Part shown: positions 1 to 8,890 of the stretch, piece after piece
Layout: each line of letters opens with the position of its first letter
Position numbering within the stretch: the first letter of the stretch is position 1
Source of the DNA: an uncultured Gemmatimonadales bacterium
GTDB taxonomy: Bacteria > Gemmatimonadota > Gemmatimonadetes > Longimicrobiales > RSA9
Direction of reading: 5' to 3'
Assembly (NCBI GenBank): GCA_963783305.1
Contig: CAWAMW010000007.1
Coordinates: 416,001 to 480,000 of the forward strand
Length of the DNA stretch: 64,000 nucleotides
Made by a program: the position numbers and the translations under genes
The notes under the pieces: generated by a model
The model's input: the letters and a program-made list of their open reading frames with translations, nothing else
What the model was told of the DNA's origin: nothing
Database searches by the model: none

Positions 1-236
1 CCGAGGATCCCCGCCTCCGCGGCCGTCCGGGCGACGGCGGTCAGGTCCACATCGCCGTTCTGCCGGAGATGGTCGGCCACGGACGAGACGGTGAGGGCGA
101 GGTTCGTCCCGGTGTCTCCGTCGGGTACGGGGAAGACGTTGATGCGGTTGAGCTCGGCCCGGGAGAGGCGCGCGTGATCGCAGGCGGCGATCAGGGCACG
201 GCGCAGACGGTCGGCGTCGAGGTATCGGATGCGCAT
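1..236 (-). CDS. DAK2-domain protein (fatty acid kinase FakA/DegV-type), N-terminal part only, runs off the window edge
   Basis: Manual translation from ATG at 236: MRIRYLDADRLRRALIAACDHARLSRAELNRINVFPVPDGDTGTNLALT. LNxINVFPVPDGDTGTN is the DAK2 signature. Confidence 0.85.
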   Translation of the reverse strand, partial: MRIRYLDADRLRRALIAACDHARLSRAELNRINVFPVPDGDTGTNLALTVSSVADHLRQNGDVDLTAVARTAAEAGIL

Positions 237-312
237 GGGCTGCTAAGATACCCGAATGGGCGGCGCGGGCAATCGTGGGTTGCAGTGGGGCGTGCTCCCG
301 GGTGAGGGCGGG

Positions 313-1695
313 TCAGCGGGTGGCAGGTTCGTCCGCGATGCCCAGGAGGCGCAGCGCCTCCTGCCCGGCGGCTTCAACCTCCCGGAGGTCGGCCTGCTCG
401 GTGATTTGCCTGCGGGCGGAGCGCAGCATGGCGGCGGTCTGGCGCGCGATCGGGGTCTGTCGGTTGCGGGGCAGGAGGTGGCCCAGGTCGCCCATACGCG
501 TGAGGAACTCGAGGGCGAAGCGCGGATTCTCGACGCCGTAGTGCCGGATCTCGTCCAGGGCGGTCTCCACGAGGGCGTCGAATTTGACCTGTGGGAGGAT
601 CAGGGTCGCGGAGTCGTCGTGGGCGCGCCGCACGCGGTGGGGGGCCTCCATGCGTCCTGCGGCGAGGAGGATCTCGGCCAGGCGGTCGAGGCAGAGGATG
701 GCGGTGGTCGGGTCGTTGACGCCGGGCGAGAGCGCTTTCACGGCGATGTCGGAGAGCTCGATCAGGCCCAGCTCGATGTCCAGGTGGTTCGTGCGCTCGT
801 GGCCCATGACGAACGCGGTCCGGATGCCGTGGTCCACCTCTTCGCGACTCCCGCTGCCGGCCGGCCAGACGGTGGCGAGGGCGCCGCCGGGCAGTACATA
901 ATCGCCGATCTCGGGATCCAGCCGGAGGGTCAGGCCGCTGTCGTGGATCAGCTTCATGAGCTCGTCCTCGTCGACCCCCTGGATGTAGCCGCTGCGGTGG
1001 GACACGATCACGGCGCCCTGGGCGTCGGGAGTGACGGCCTCGGCGCTGAGATCGGTGGACTCGCCCACCCGTTGAGGGAGCCGCCGCTCGAGGGTCCGGA
1101 GGGCGTCCTTCGTCACCCGGTCGATGATGACGGAGGCCTGCACGGAGCGGGCGGCGTGGTCGATGAAGTAGATGAGGAACCCGATCCCCACGATGGCGAG
1201 AACCACGGCCACGGTAACGGACAGGTGGGGCACGAACGCCTCCAGTGACTGACCCGACTCGGCCGCCCGCTCCACGTCTTTGGCCGTGACCGCATCCCCC
1301 TTTCCCCGCACCACCCGGAGCACCAGCAGCGCGTAGGTGAACGTGCCAATGAAGATCCCGAGGACGAGCTGGTTGGCCCGGTCCGCGGTGAAGTTGCGCA
1401 GGATGCGGGGGGTGAACTGCGTCGATGCCAGCTGGAGAGCGACGATGGTGATCGAGAACACCACGCCCGTGACCGTGATGAAGCCTGACGCGATGGCCGT
1501 GAGGACGCCGCGGGCCCCGGAGGCGGTGCCGCTGAACAGCCAGACGCCGGCGGGCGCGGTGGGGAGCACGTCCATGACGTCGACCTGGATGGTCAGTATG
1601 GCCAGGCCGACCGAGCCGAGCGTGAAGACGCTCGGGATGAACCAGAGGCTGTCCCGGACCTCGTTCCAGAAGGCTGTCAGTCTGTCCAGTCCCAC
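313..1695 (-). CDS. DUF2254 family membrane protein
   Basis: SLWFIPS, QFTPRILRNF and KALSPGVNDPTTA motifs plus several TM helices; GTG start chosen at 1695. Confidence 0.85.
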   Translation of the reverse strand: MGLDRLTAFWNEVRDSLWFIPSVFTLGSVGLAILTIQVDVMDVLPTAPAGVWLFSGTASGARGVLTAIASGFITVTGVVFSITIVALQLASTQFTPRILRNFTADRANQLVLGIFIGTFTYALLVLRVVRGKGDAVTAKDVERAAESGQSLEAFVPHLSVTVAVVLAIVGIGFLIYFIDHAARSVQASVIIDRVTKDALRTLERRLPQRVGESTDLSAEAVTPDAQGAVIVSHRSGYIQGVDEDELMKLIHDSGLTLRLDPEIGDYVLPGGALATVWPAGSGSREEVDHGIRTAFVMGHERTNHLDIELGLIELSDIAVKALSPGVNDPTTAILCLDRLAEILLAAGRMEAPHRVRRAHDDSATLILPQVKFDALVETALDEIRHYGVENPRFALEFLTRMGDLGHLLPRNRQTPIARQTAAMLRSARRQITEQADLREVEAAGQEALRLLGIADEPATR

Positions 1696-1777
1696 CGTCG
1701 CTCCCTGTCCGGTTGCCGCCGCGGCGCACGGCCGCGACGGGGGCAGGATACGTGCCGTCCGCACCCCGTTCGGTCGG

Positions 1778-2659
1778 TCAGCGACCGTTCCGGGCGATGC
1801 CCGCGGTGCCAACAATGATCAGGAGCGCACCGGCCACGCCCCAGAGATCGGGCCTCTCCGCGAAGAAGAGGGTGCCCCAGAGCGCGGCGAAGACGATCTG
1901 CATGTAGGCCACCGCCATGGCCCGACCCGCGCGCTCCTCCCGCAGCCCGCGGGTCATGAAGACCTGCGCCACCTGCGTGACGATGCCGAGCCCCAGCAGG
2001 ACCAGCCATTCGAGGGGCGTGGGCATGAGGGCGTCGGCAGCGGTGAAGGGAATCGAGCCGAGCGTGGCCACCATGGCGAACCAGAACACGATGACCACGG
2101 GATCCTCGGTGCGGCCGAGGCGCCGTACCACCACGTACGCGGCGGCGCTGAACACGGCACCCGTGAGGGCGACCGCGACGGCGAACGGGTCCAGTCGCTG
2201 CTCCAGCCCACCGAAGAGGAACCCCGGCCGCGTCATGAGCACCACGCCGGCGAGACTCAGGAGGGTGAGGATGGCGTCCCGGCGCCGGATCGACTCCGAG
2301 AGGAAGATCGCGGCCAGGATCGCGGTGAAGACGGGGTTCGTGTACTGGATGACGGTGGCGTCCGCGAGCGGGAGCCGGGTGAGGGCGAAGAAGAAGCAGC
2401 TGAGCGCGATATAGCCGAAGATCCCGCGCAGCAGGAGGAGTCGGCGGTTCATTCCCAGCAGAGAAACCCCGCGTCTGCGCAGGGTCGCCCAGCTGAGCGC
2501 TGCGCCCAGTGCCGCGCGGGCGAGCACCACCTGCTGGATGGGAAGCCTGTCCCCCGCCACCTTCACCAGCACGCTCATGATGCTGAAGAAGAAGGCGGCC
2601 GCCGCCATGTAGCGGATCCCTGGTGGGACGTGGAGACGGCGTTGTGGAGTCTCGTTCAT
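1778..2659 (-). CDS. DMT/EamA family transporter
   Basis: About 10 TM helices in two EamA-like repeats (LPLADATVIQYTNPVF; WGTLFFAERP). Confidence 0.9.
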   Translation of the reverse strand: MNETPQRRLHVPPGIRYMAAAAFFFSIMSVLVKVAGDRLPIQQVVLARAALGAALSWATLRRRGVSLLGMNRRLLLLRGIFGYIALSCFFFALTRLPLADATVIQYTNPVFTAILAAIFLSESIRRRDAILTLLSLAGVVLMTRPGFLFGGLEQRLDPFAVAVALTGAVFSAAAYVVVRRLGRTEDPVVIVFWFAMVATLGSIPFTAADALMPTPLEWLVLLGLGIVTQVAQVFMTRGLREERAGRAMAVAYMQIVFAALWGTLFFAERPDLWGVAGALLIIVGTAGIARNGR

Positions 2660-2854
2660 GGATCGGGGTCTGTCGGGAGCGGGTTCTGCACGGCGCCGAA
2701 GCTACCGCGCGGGCGGGCGGCGGGACAGCCGCAGCGCTCGTGGGGGCTGCCGGGTCGCGGTGCCGGAGCAGGCGGCGTCAGAGGAAACAAACAGCGCGCG
2801 TTTCATGTACAGGCATCAAAGGCAGCGCTCCATGGGGAGGCGAAGGAGGGGGAT

Positions 2855-3016
2855 ATGAGGCTGGAGCAGAGAATGGAGTACCTGCTGCGAGCGGCGCTGC
2901 GGGCGGAGCGGGACGGCGACCATCATGTAGCGCGTTCCCTCCGGCGCATGGTCGACGATATCCGGCCTATCGAGAGCGCCCGCCCTGCGCGCGCGCCCGC
3001 GACCCACTCCGGCTGA
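2855..3016 (+). CDS. Small hypothetical protein (53 aa)
   Basis: Strong SD AAGGAGGGG before ATG 2855; helical charged sequence MRLEQRMEYLLRAALRAERDGD; fills an intergenic gap. Confidence 0.55.
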   Translation: MRLEQRMEYLLRAALRAERDGDHHVARSLRRMVDDIRPIESARPARAPATHSG

Positions 3017-3081
3017 CGCGTCGCGGGGAGCGTTTCTTGCCCCCGTTCGGATCGATCGTTCCATCGAACCGGACGGCGCAC

Positions 3082-4434
3082 ATGACAGAGAACCCCACCC
3101 AGTTCGCGTCCCGCCTCGACCCTCTCGCCCACCCCATCCGCAACGAACGCAACGATTACGACGCGCTGCTCGAACGTGTGGGGGACGCTCGGCTCGTGCT
3201 CCTGGGCGAAGCGTCTCACGGCACCCACGAGTTCTATGAGGAGCGCCACCGGATAACGCGCCTGCTGATCGAGCGGATGGGGTTCGATTTCGTGGCCGCC
3301 GAGGCCGACTGGCCGGACGCCTACCGCGTGAACCGGTACGTCCGCGGCGCCTCGGGCGACACCGGAGCGGAAACGGCGCTGGCCGATTTCCGGCGTTTCC
3401 CCACCTGGATGTGGCGCAACACCGACGTGACGGAGCTCGTGGACTGGCTCCGGGACCACAACGATGGGCTCGCGCGCGCCGAACGGGCGGGCTTTTACGG
3501 ACTGGATCTCTACAGCATGCGGGCGTCGATGGTGGCGGTCATCGGCTACCTGGAGACGGTGGACCCTGAAGCCGCGCGGCGCGCCCGCGACCGCTACTCC
3601 TGCTTCGACCATTTCGGCGCCGATCCACAGGCCTACGGCTACGCGGCCGGCCGGAGCGCCGCCGACGATTGTGAGGAGGACGTAGTGGGACAGCTCGAGG
3701 AGCTCAGGACCCGGGCGGCCGAGCTGGCGCGCCGCGACGGCCGCCTGCCGGAGGACGAACACTTCTACGCCCGCCGCAATGCGGAGCTGGTGAGGAACGC
3801 GGAACGCTACTACCGGGCCATGTACCGGGGCAGGGCATCCTCCTGGAACCTGCGGGACAGCCATATGGCCGACACGCTGGACGCGCTCCTGGACCACTTC
3901 GACTCGAAGCGCTCCGACGGGAGGCCGACCCGTGCGGTGGTGTGGGAGCACAACTCGCACATCGGCGACGCCCGCGCCACGGAGATGTCGCAGCGGGGCG
4001 AGCACAACGTCGGCCAGCTCGTGCGCGAGCGGCATGGTGACGACGCGGTCCTGGTGGGCTTCACCACCCACACCGGGACCGTCACCGCCGCTCACGACTG
4101 GGGCGCGCCCGCGCTCCGCCGCCGCGTCGTTCCGTCGCGCGCCGACAGCCACGAGCGCGTGCTGCACCACGTCGAGCCGGACGCTTTCCTCCTCCTCATG
4201 GACGACGATGGAGCGCGGGCGGTTCTGGGCCGCGAGCGGCTGGAGCGCGCCATCGGGGTCATCTACCGTCCGTCCACGGAGCGCCTCAGCCACTATTTCG
4301 GGGCTCGCCTGGCCGATCAGTTCGACGCGTTGATCCACGTGGACACCACACGGGCGGTCGAGCCCCTCGAGAGGACGCCCGGGTGGGAGACCGGCGAGGA
4401 CGACCCACCGGAGACGTACCCCACCGGGATCTGA
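3082..4434 (+). CDS. Erythromycin esterase family protein
   Basis: LLGEASHGTHEFY, EADWPDA, WMWRN, WNLRD and WEHNSHIGDARAT motifs. Confidence 0.9.
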   Translation: MTENPTQFASRLDPLAHPIRNERNDYDALLERVGDARLVLLGEASHGTHEFYEERHRITRLLIERMGFDFVAAEADWPDAYRVNRYVRGASGDTGAETALADFRRFPTWMWRNTDVTELVDWLRDHNDGLARAERAGFYGLDLYSMRASMVAVIGYLETVDPEAARRARDRYSCFDHFGADPQAYGYAAGRSAADDCEEDVVGQLEELRTRAAELARRDGRLPEDEHFYARRNAELVRNAERYYRAMYRGRASSWNLRDSHMADTLDALLDHFDSKRSDGRPTRAVVWEHNSHIGDARATEMSQRGEHNVGQLVRERHGDDAVLVGFTTHTGTVTAAHDWGAPALRRRVVPSRADSHERVLHHVEPDAFLLLMDDDGARAVLGRERLERAIGVIYRPSTERLSHYFGARLADQFDALIHVDTTRAVEPLERTPGWETGEDDPPETYPTGI

Positions 4435-4460
4435 GATCCGGGAGCCGTCCACCGGCGCGC

Positions 4461-4487
4461 TCAAGTTCCTCCGCGCCCTGCCGACAC
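4461..4487 (+). promoter_or_regulatory. Sigma28 (FliA)-type promoter
   Basis: TCAAG-N14-GCCGACAC upstream of ORF 4555. Confidence 0.55.
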
Positions 4488-4554
4488 TCGCGCCGTGGGG
4501 CACCGGGTCATGGACCGGCCGCGGGACCGCGGCGAACCGAGCAGAGGAGGGGCG

Positions 4555-5235
4555 ATGGGAAGGCGACAGGCAGCGATTGCACTGGGAGTGGTTCTCGCCG
4601 CAGCGGGCTGGCCGGGCCTCGCGAGCGGTCAGGACGGCAGCCGGGCCGCGGAGCTGGAGGCGCGGCAGCGGGCGCGGATCGAGGCGGCGCGGGGAGGTCC
4701 CGCTGGGATCACGCATGACGCCTACCCCCTGTACCCGCCATCCACACACGGATGGCTCCCGGGGTCCCCGTACGGCTATGCTCCCTACCGTCCCTACCTT
4801 CCCGGCTACTCCTATCCGCCCAACCCGTATGAAGACTGGGTGAAACTGTGGGGCCGGGGGTGGACCGATGGAAGCAACCGGCCGGTCTACCACCGCTTCC
4901 AGTACCGCTTCTTCCCTGAAACGCTGCCGGACCCGACCCGGGGCGGGTATGTGACGCAGCGGGAATGGCTCGGGGCTCCGACGGTCGTGCAGCGAGCGCC
5001 GCGCGCCGCCGGGGGGTGCGCCCTGATCGAGATCGACGCATCCGGCGCGGAGCTCGAGACAGTGATGGTGCGCCTGCCCGCTCTCGGGGCGGGCACACCC
5101 GAAGCACTGCGGGCGCTGATCGAGGACCGGCTCCGCCGCGGCGCCGGCATAACGCTCCGGGACTACGACGGATACGTCGTCGCGTTCCCGGCCGCGGACC
5201 AGATCACGGGGCTGCGCGTCCACGACTGCCGCTGA
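4555..5235 (+). CDS. Hypothetical exported protein, Pro/Tyr-rich
   Basis: SD GGAGGGG; N-terminal signal peptide (IALGVVLAAAGWPGLASG-Q); no recognised family. Confidence 0.6.
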   Translation: MGRRQAAIALGVVLAAAGWPGLASGQDGSRAAELEARQRARIEAARGGPAGITHDAYPLYPPSTHGWLPGSPYGYAPYRPYLPGYSYPPNPYEDWVKLWGRGWTDGSNRPVYHRFQYRFFPETLPDPTRGGYVTQREWLGAPTVVQRAPRAAGGCALIEIDASGAELETVMVRLPALGAGTPEALRALIEDRLRRGAGITLRDYDGYVVAFPAADQITGLRVHDCR

Positions 5236-5251
5236 ACCGCGGGCCGGTCGC

Positions 5252-5278
5252 TCAAGCTTTTCGGACCGCTCGCGATAC
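5252..5278 (+). promoter_or_regulatory. Sigma28-type promoter of cheA
   Basis: TCAAG-N14-CGCGATAC. Confidence 0.55.
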
Positions 5279-5327
5279 TCCATTTCAGCAGCCGCCCCAA
5301 GCGGGGCCCGACCGAAAGCGGAGAATC

Positions 5328-7796
5328 ATGGGACGCGCGGAGCAACAACTGAAACGTCTGCGGGAGCGCCTGGATCAGGTGCCCTCCGATGGAGACCTGG
5401 AGCCGTGGGCGCAGGAGATCCTCAGGATCGCACGAGGACTGGCCCGCCCTGACGCTCTGCTCGAGCCCGTCCTCACCGGGCTGGCCCACCGGCTCCGGTC
5501 GGACGCCGCCGCGGAGGACGTCCTGATCCTGACGCGAGAGGTCGTGGACGCCGCAGTGGAGTTCGCGGCGGGACGGGAGGATCCGGACCGCGAGGCGCTG
5601 CTCACGGCGGCCGAGGAGCGACTTGGTCGGCGCCAGGATCCCGACGGGGTCATTGCGGCAGAGCCCGACCCCGCGGTCAGCGACGGCATCCCCATGGGGT
5701 TCGTGGGTGAGCTGCCCCCGGAGTCCACGCTGAACGATGCGGCGCTGCTGCTGGTCCAGCTGGAGCCGGGCGATCGATACGGGATCGCCAGTCTGGTGGA
5801 GATCCTGGACCGGCTGGCGGGTGACGAGAAGGACGAGCGTGCCAATCGGCTCCTGCGGCGGTCGGTCGAGATCCTGACCGACGGTGAGCCGAGCCAGGAG
5901 ACGCTTGGAACGGTGGGTCAGCTGCTGGAGTCGATCAGTGAGGGGACTCCCGAGCCGGGCGGCGCACCGTCGGAGGAGAAGGCGGCGCCCGGCAACGGCC
6001 CGGGGGCCGAGACCGAGGCCCGACCGGGTGACGAGCCGGGCGCGGCAACGGCTGCCGCCTCCGTGCCGGGTCCCGAGCCAGCATGGCTTCCCGGCCCCGA
6101 TACGGACGTGGACCTGATGCGGGAGTTCCTGCTGGAGAGCACGGACCTGATGCGCTCCGCGGAGAAGGCGCTCCTGGAGCTGGAATCAGACCCTTCGGAC
6201 GGCGAGGCCATCAACGTGGTCTTCCGGGCGTTCCACACGATCAAGGGGACCTCCGCGTTCCTGGGTGTCGAGGCGGCGGCGGAGCTCTGTCACCACGCGG
6301 AGTCGCTGTTCTCGAAGGTTCGAGATGGAGCGGTGGGGTTCAGCCCCGGTGTGGCGGACCTGTCGCTGGCTTCCGTGGATCTGCTTACGCGGATCCTGGA
6401 GGAGGTGGGCGTGGCGCTGGACGGCGCGGAGCCGGCGCGGGTGGACGGGCTGGCGGCGCTGGCGCAACGGCTCCAGCGGGCGAGCACCGGACAGCCCCAG
6501 GATGGGCCGGAGGCGGAGGCCGCTCCCTCGCTCGGCGCGCCGGTGGAAGAACGGGCGCCGGCCCTGAAGGTCGCGGCGGCTCGGGATGGATCCCAGGGCA
6601 CGCGCGATCGGGAGACCTCGGTGCGGGTGAGGACGGACCGCCTGGACCGGCTGGTGGACATGGTGGGAGAGCTGGTGATCGCGCAATCGATGATCGCGCA
6701 GGATGAGGTCGTCCAGGATGGCGCGCAGCACGGGCTGGCTAAGAAAGTGGCGCACGGTGGCAAGATCGTGCGGGAGCTCCAGGACCTCAGCATGGCGCTT
6801 CGCATGGTCCCGCTGAAGTCCACCTTCTCCAAGCTCCAGCGACTGGTGCGGGACCTGGCGCGGAAGAGCGGCAAGAAGGTGCGCCTGCTCACGGAGGGGG
6901 AGGAGACGGAGATCGATCGCACCATGGTGGATGTGCTCGGAGACCCCCTCGTCCACATGATCCGCAACGCCATGGATCATGGGATCGAGCCGGCGGCGGA
7001 GCGGGAGGCGGCGGGCAAGGACGGCACGGGCACGCTCTGGCTGCGGTCGTATCACGGTGGCGGGAACGTGGTGGTGGAGCTCGAGGACGACGGGCGCGGC
7101 ATGAACCGCGAGCGCATCGTGGCGAAGGCCATGGAGCGGGGTCTGATCCGGACGGGCGACGGCCTCACCGACGGCGAGGTGTGGAAGCTGGTGTTCGAGC
7201 CGGGCTTCTCCACCGCCGAGGCTATCACGGACGTCTCGGGCCGCGGCGTGGGAATGGACGTAGTGCGGAGGAACATCGAGACGCTACGCGGCCGCATCGA
7301 GGTGGAGTCCACCTGGGGCGCCGGCACGAAGGTGACGCTGCGGCTGCCGCTCACGCTGGCCATCACGGAAGGGATGCTCATGCGCGTGGGACCTGAGCGC
7401 TACATCCTGCCGACGCTGAGCATCGAGCGAAACATCCGACCCACCCGGGAGATGCTGTCGACGGTGACGGGCCGCGGCGAGATGCTGACGCTGCGTGACG
7501 AGCTGCTCCCGATCGTCCGGCTCCACGAGCTGTTCGGGGTCGAAGCGGGCCGACAATCGGTCGAGGAGGGGCTGCTCGTGGTGGTTGGTGCGGCGGAGCG
7601 CCGGTGTGCGTTGCTGGTCGATGAGCTTCTGGGACAGCACCAGGTGGTGGTGAAGAGCCTGGGCGACGGGCTCGGGAAGGTGAAGGGCGTCACCGGGGGT
7701 GCGGTCCTCGGCGATGGAACGGTGGGATTGATCCTGGACGCGGGGGAGCTCGTGGCCATGGCACGGAACGGAGCGTCGGCCACGCAGGCCGCGTAG
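5328..7796 (+). CDS. cheA: Chemotaxis histidine kinase CheA with long N-terminal extension
   Basis: Hpt FRAFHTIKG, dimerisation VRVRTDRLDRLVDMVGELVI, HATPase HMIRNAMDHGIE and SGRGVGMDVV, C-terminal CheW domain. Confidence 0.95.
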   Translation: MGRAEQQLKRLRERLDQVPSDGDLEPWAQEILRIARGLARPDALLEPVLTGLAHRLRSDAAAEDVLILTREVVDAAVEFAAGREDPDREALLTAAEERLGRRQDPDGVIAAEPDPAVSDGIPMGFVGELPPESTLNDAALLLVQLEPGDRYGIASLVEILDRLAGDEKDERANRLLRRSVEILTDGEPSQETLGTVGQLLESISEGTPEPGGAPSEEKAAPGNGPGAETEARPGDEPGAATAAASVPGPEPAWLPGPDTDVDLMREFLLESTDLMRSAEKALLELESDPSDGEAINVVFRAFHTIKGTSAFLGVEAAAELCHHAESLFSKVRDGAVGFSPGVADLSLASVDLLTRILEEVGVALDGAEPARVDGLAALAQRLQRASTGQPQDGPEAEAAPSLGAPVEERAPALKVAAARDGSQGTRDRETSVRVRTDRLDRLVDMVGELVIAQSMIAQDEVVQDGAQHGLAKKVAHGGKIVRELQDLSMALRMVPLKSTFSKLQRLVRDLARKSGKKVRLLTEGEETEIDRTMVDVLGDPLVHMIRNAMDHGIEPAAEREAAGKDGTGTLWLRSYHGGGNVVVELEDDGRGMNRERIVAKAMERGLIRTGDGLTDGEVWKLVFEPGFSTAEAITDVSGRGVGMDVVRRNIETLRGRIEVESTWGAGTKVTLRLPLTLAITEGMLMRVGPERYILPTLSIERNIRPTREMLSTVTGRGEMLTLRDELLPIVRLHELFGVEAGRQSVEEGLLVVVGAAERRCALLVDELLGQHQVVVKSLGDGLGKVKGVTGGAVLGDGTVGLILDAGELVAMARNGASATQAA

Positions 7797-7824
7797 GAAC
7801 CGAACATCGAGCGAGGAGGGTGAC

Positions 7825-8292
7825 ATGCAGCAGGTGGAGACGGTGGAGGCCAGGGGCGGAAAGTTCCTGACGTTCTTCCTGGGCGAGGAGGAGTACGGCC
7901 TGGAGATCCTGAAGGTGCAGGAGATCATCGGGCTCATGTCGATCACGCGGGTTCCCAGGACCCCGGGCTTCGTACGGGGCGTGATCAATCTTCGGGGCAA
8001 GGTGATCCCCATCGTGGAGCTGCGCAGCAAGTTCCAGATGGAGGGTGTGGAGGATACCGAGCAGACGTGCATCATCGTCGTCCAGACGCAGGGTGTGCAG
8101 TTCGGCGTGGTGGTGGACCGTGTCTCGGAGGTGGTGGACCTGAGCTCCGACAGCATCGAGGACGCCCCCGAATTCGGCGCGGAGATCGACACCGACTTCA
8201 TTCTGGGCATGGGGAAGACGGGGTCGAGGGTTCGGATCCTCGTGGATATCGATCGTGTGCTGAGCAGGGACGAGCTGGGCGAGCTCGTCTGA
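7825..8292 (+). CDS. cheW: Chemotaxis coupling protein CheW
   Basis: FLTFFLGEEEYG and GVINLRGKVIPIVELR motifs. Confidence 0.95.
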   Translation: MQQVETVEARGGKFLTFFLGEEEYGLEILKVQEIIGLMSITRVPRTPGFVRGVINLRGKVIPIVELRSKFQMEGVEDTEQTCIIVVQTQGVQFGVVVDRVSEVVDLSSDSIEDAPEFGAEIDTDFILGMGKTGSRVRILVDIDRVLSRDELGELV

Positions 8293-8324
8293 AGTCTGAC
8301 GTCCGCGTCCCGCGGCCGTGCCGG

Positions 8325-8369
8325 TGAACGAAGGGCCGGGGCTCACTGCGAGTCCCGGCCCTTCGTTCA
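8325..8369. terminator. Long inverted repeat, probable terminator after cheW
   Basis: TGAACGAAGGGCCGGG...CCCGGCCCTTCGTTCA, 16-bp perfect arms. Confidence 0.65.
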
Positions 8370-8394
8370 AGTTCCCGCCACCCACTCCCGATAA
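8367..8394 (+). promoter_or_regulatory. Sigma28-type promoter of the tonB-C/MCP unit
   Basis: TCAAG-N15-CCCGATAA. Confidence 0.5.
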
Positions 8395-8441
8395 TGCACG
8401 TCGAGGGATGGATCCAAGACCCAACTCAAAGGAGCATGGAG

Positions 8442-8843
8442 ATGATGGCGATACGGAGGATTCTGCTGGTCGCGGGAGCCGCGCTGACCCTGGCCGTGGT
8501 GACCGCACCGGAGGCGCTGGTGGCGCAGCAGGTGTTCGAGTCGAGCCAGGTGACGGACGTGCCGCGAATCGCATCGCCGATGGCCGCGCAGCGGTCGATC
8601 GAGCGGGCGTACTCCAGTGGCCTGCAGAGCCGCGGGATCCAGGGCAAGGTAATGCTGCAGTTCGTGGTGCAGGAGAATGGGAAGGTCGATCCGTCCTCGG
8701 TGGTGGTGAAGACGGCTGACCACGCCGACCTGGGTGCGGCGGCGCAGGAGGCCATTGCGAGCATCGAGTTCGTCCCCGGACGCGTGCAGGGCGCCGCGGT
8801 GGCGACGCGCGTGATCTTCCCCATCACGTTCGTAGCCCGCTGA
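8442..8843 (+). CDS. TonB C-terminal domain protein with signal peptide
   Basis: GIQGKVMLQFVVQENGKV...AAQEAIASIEFVPGRVQGAAVATRVIFPITF is a TonB_C pattern; start after SD AAGGAG. Confidence 0.8.
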   Translation: MMAIRRILLVAGAALTLAVVTAPEALVAQQVFESSQVTDVPRIASPMAAQRSIERAYSSGLQSRGIQGKVMLQFVVQENGKVDPSSVVVKTADHADLGAAAQEAIASIEFVPGRVQGAAVATRVIFPITFVAR

Positions 8844-8890
8844 CCGGAGGCCCCGGCTGACGGTCTCGGGATCTGACCAGGAGGAGTACG

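Noticed and set aside
3082..4434. Macrolide resistance gene (ere)
   Set aside because: It belongs to the broad erythromycin-esterase-like family widespread in environmental bacteria; no evidence of resistance function or mobile context.
2923..5283. 786-aa minus-strand ORF
   Set aside because: Shadow of the erythromycin esterase family gene and its neighbour.
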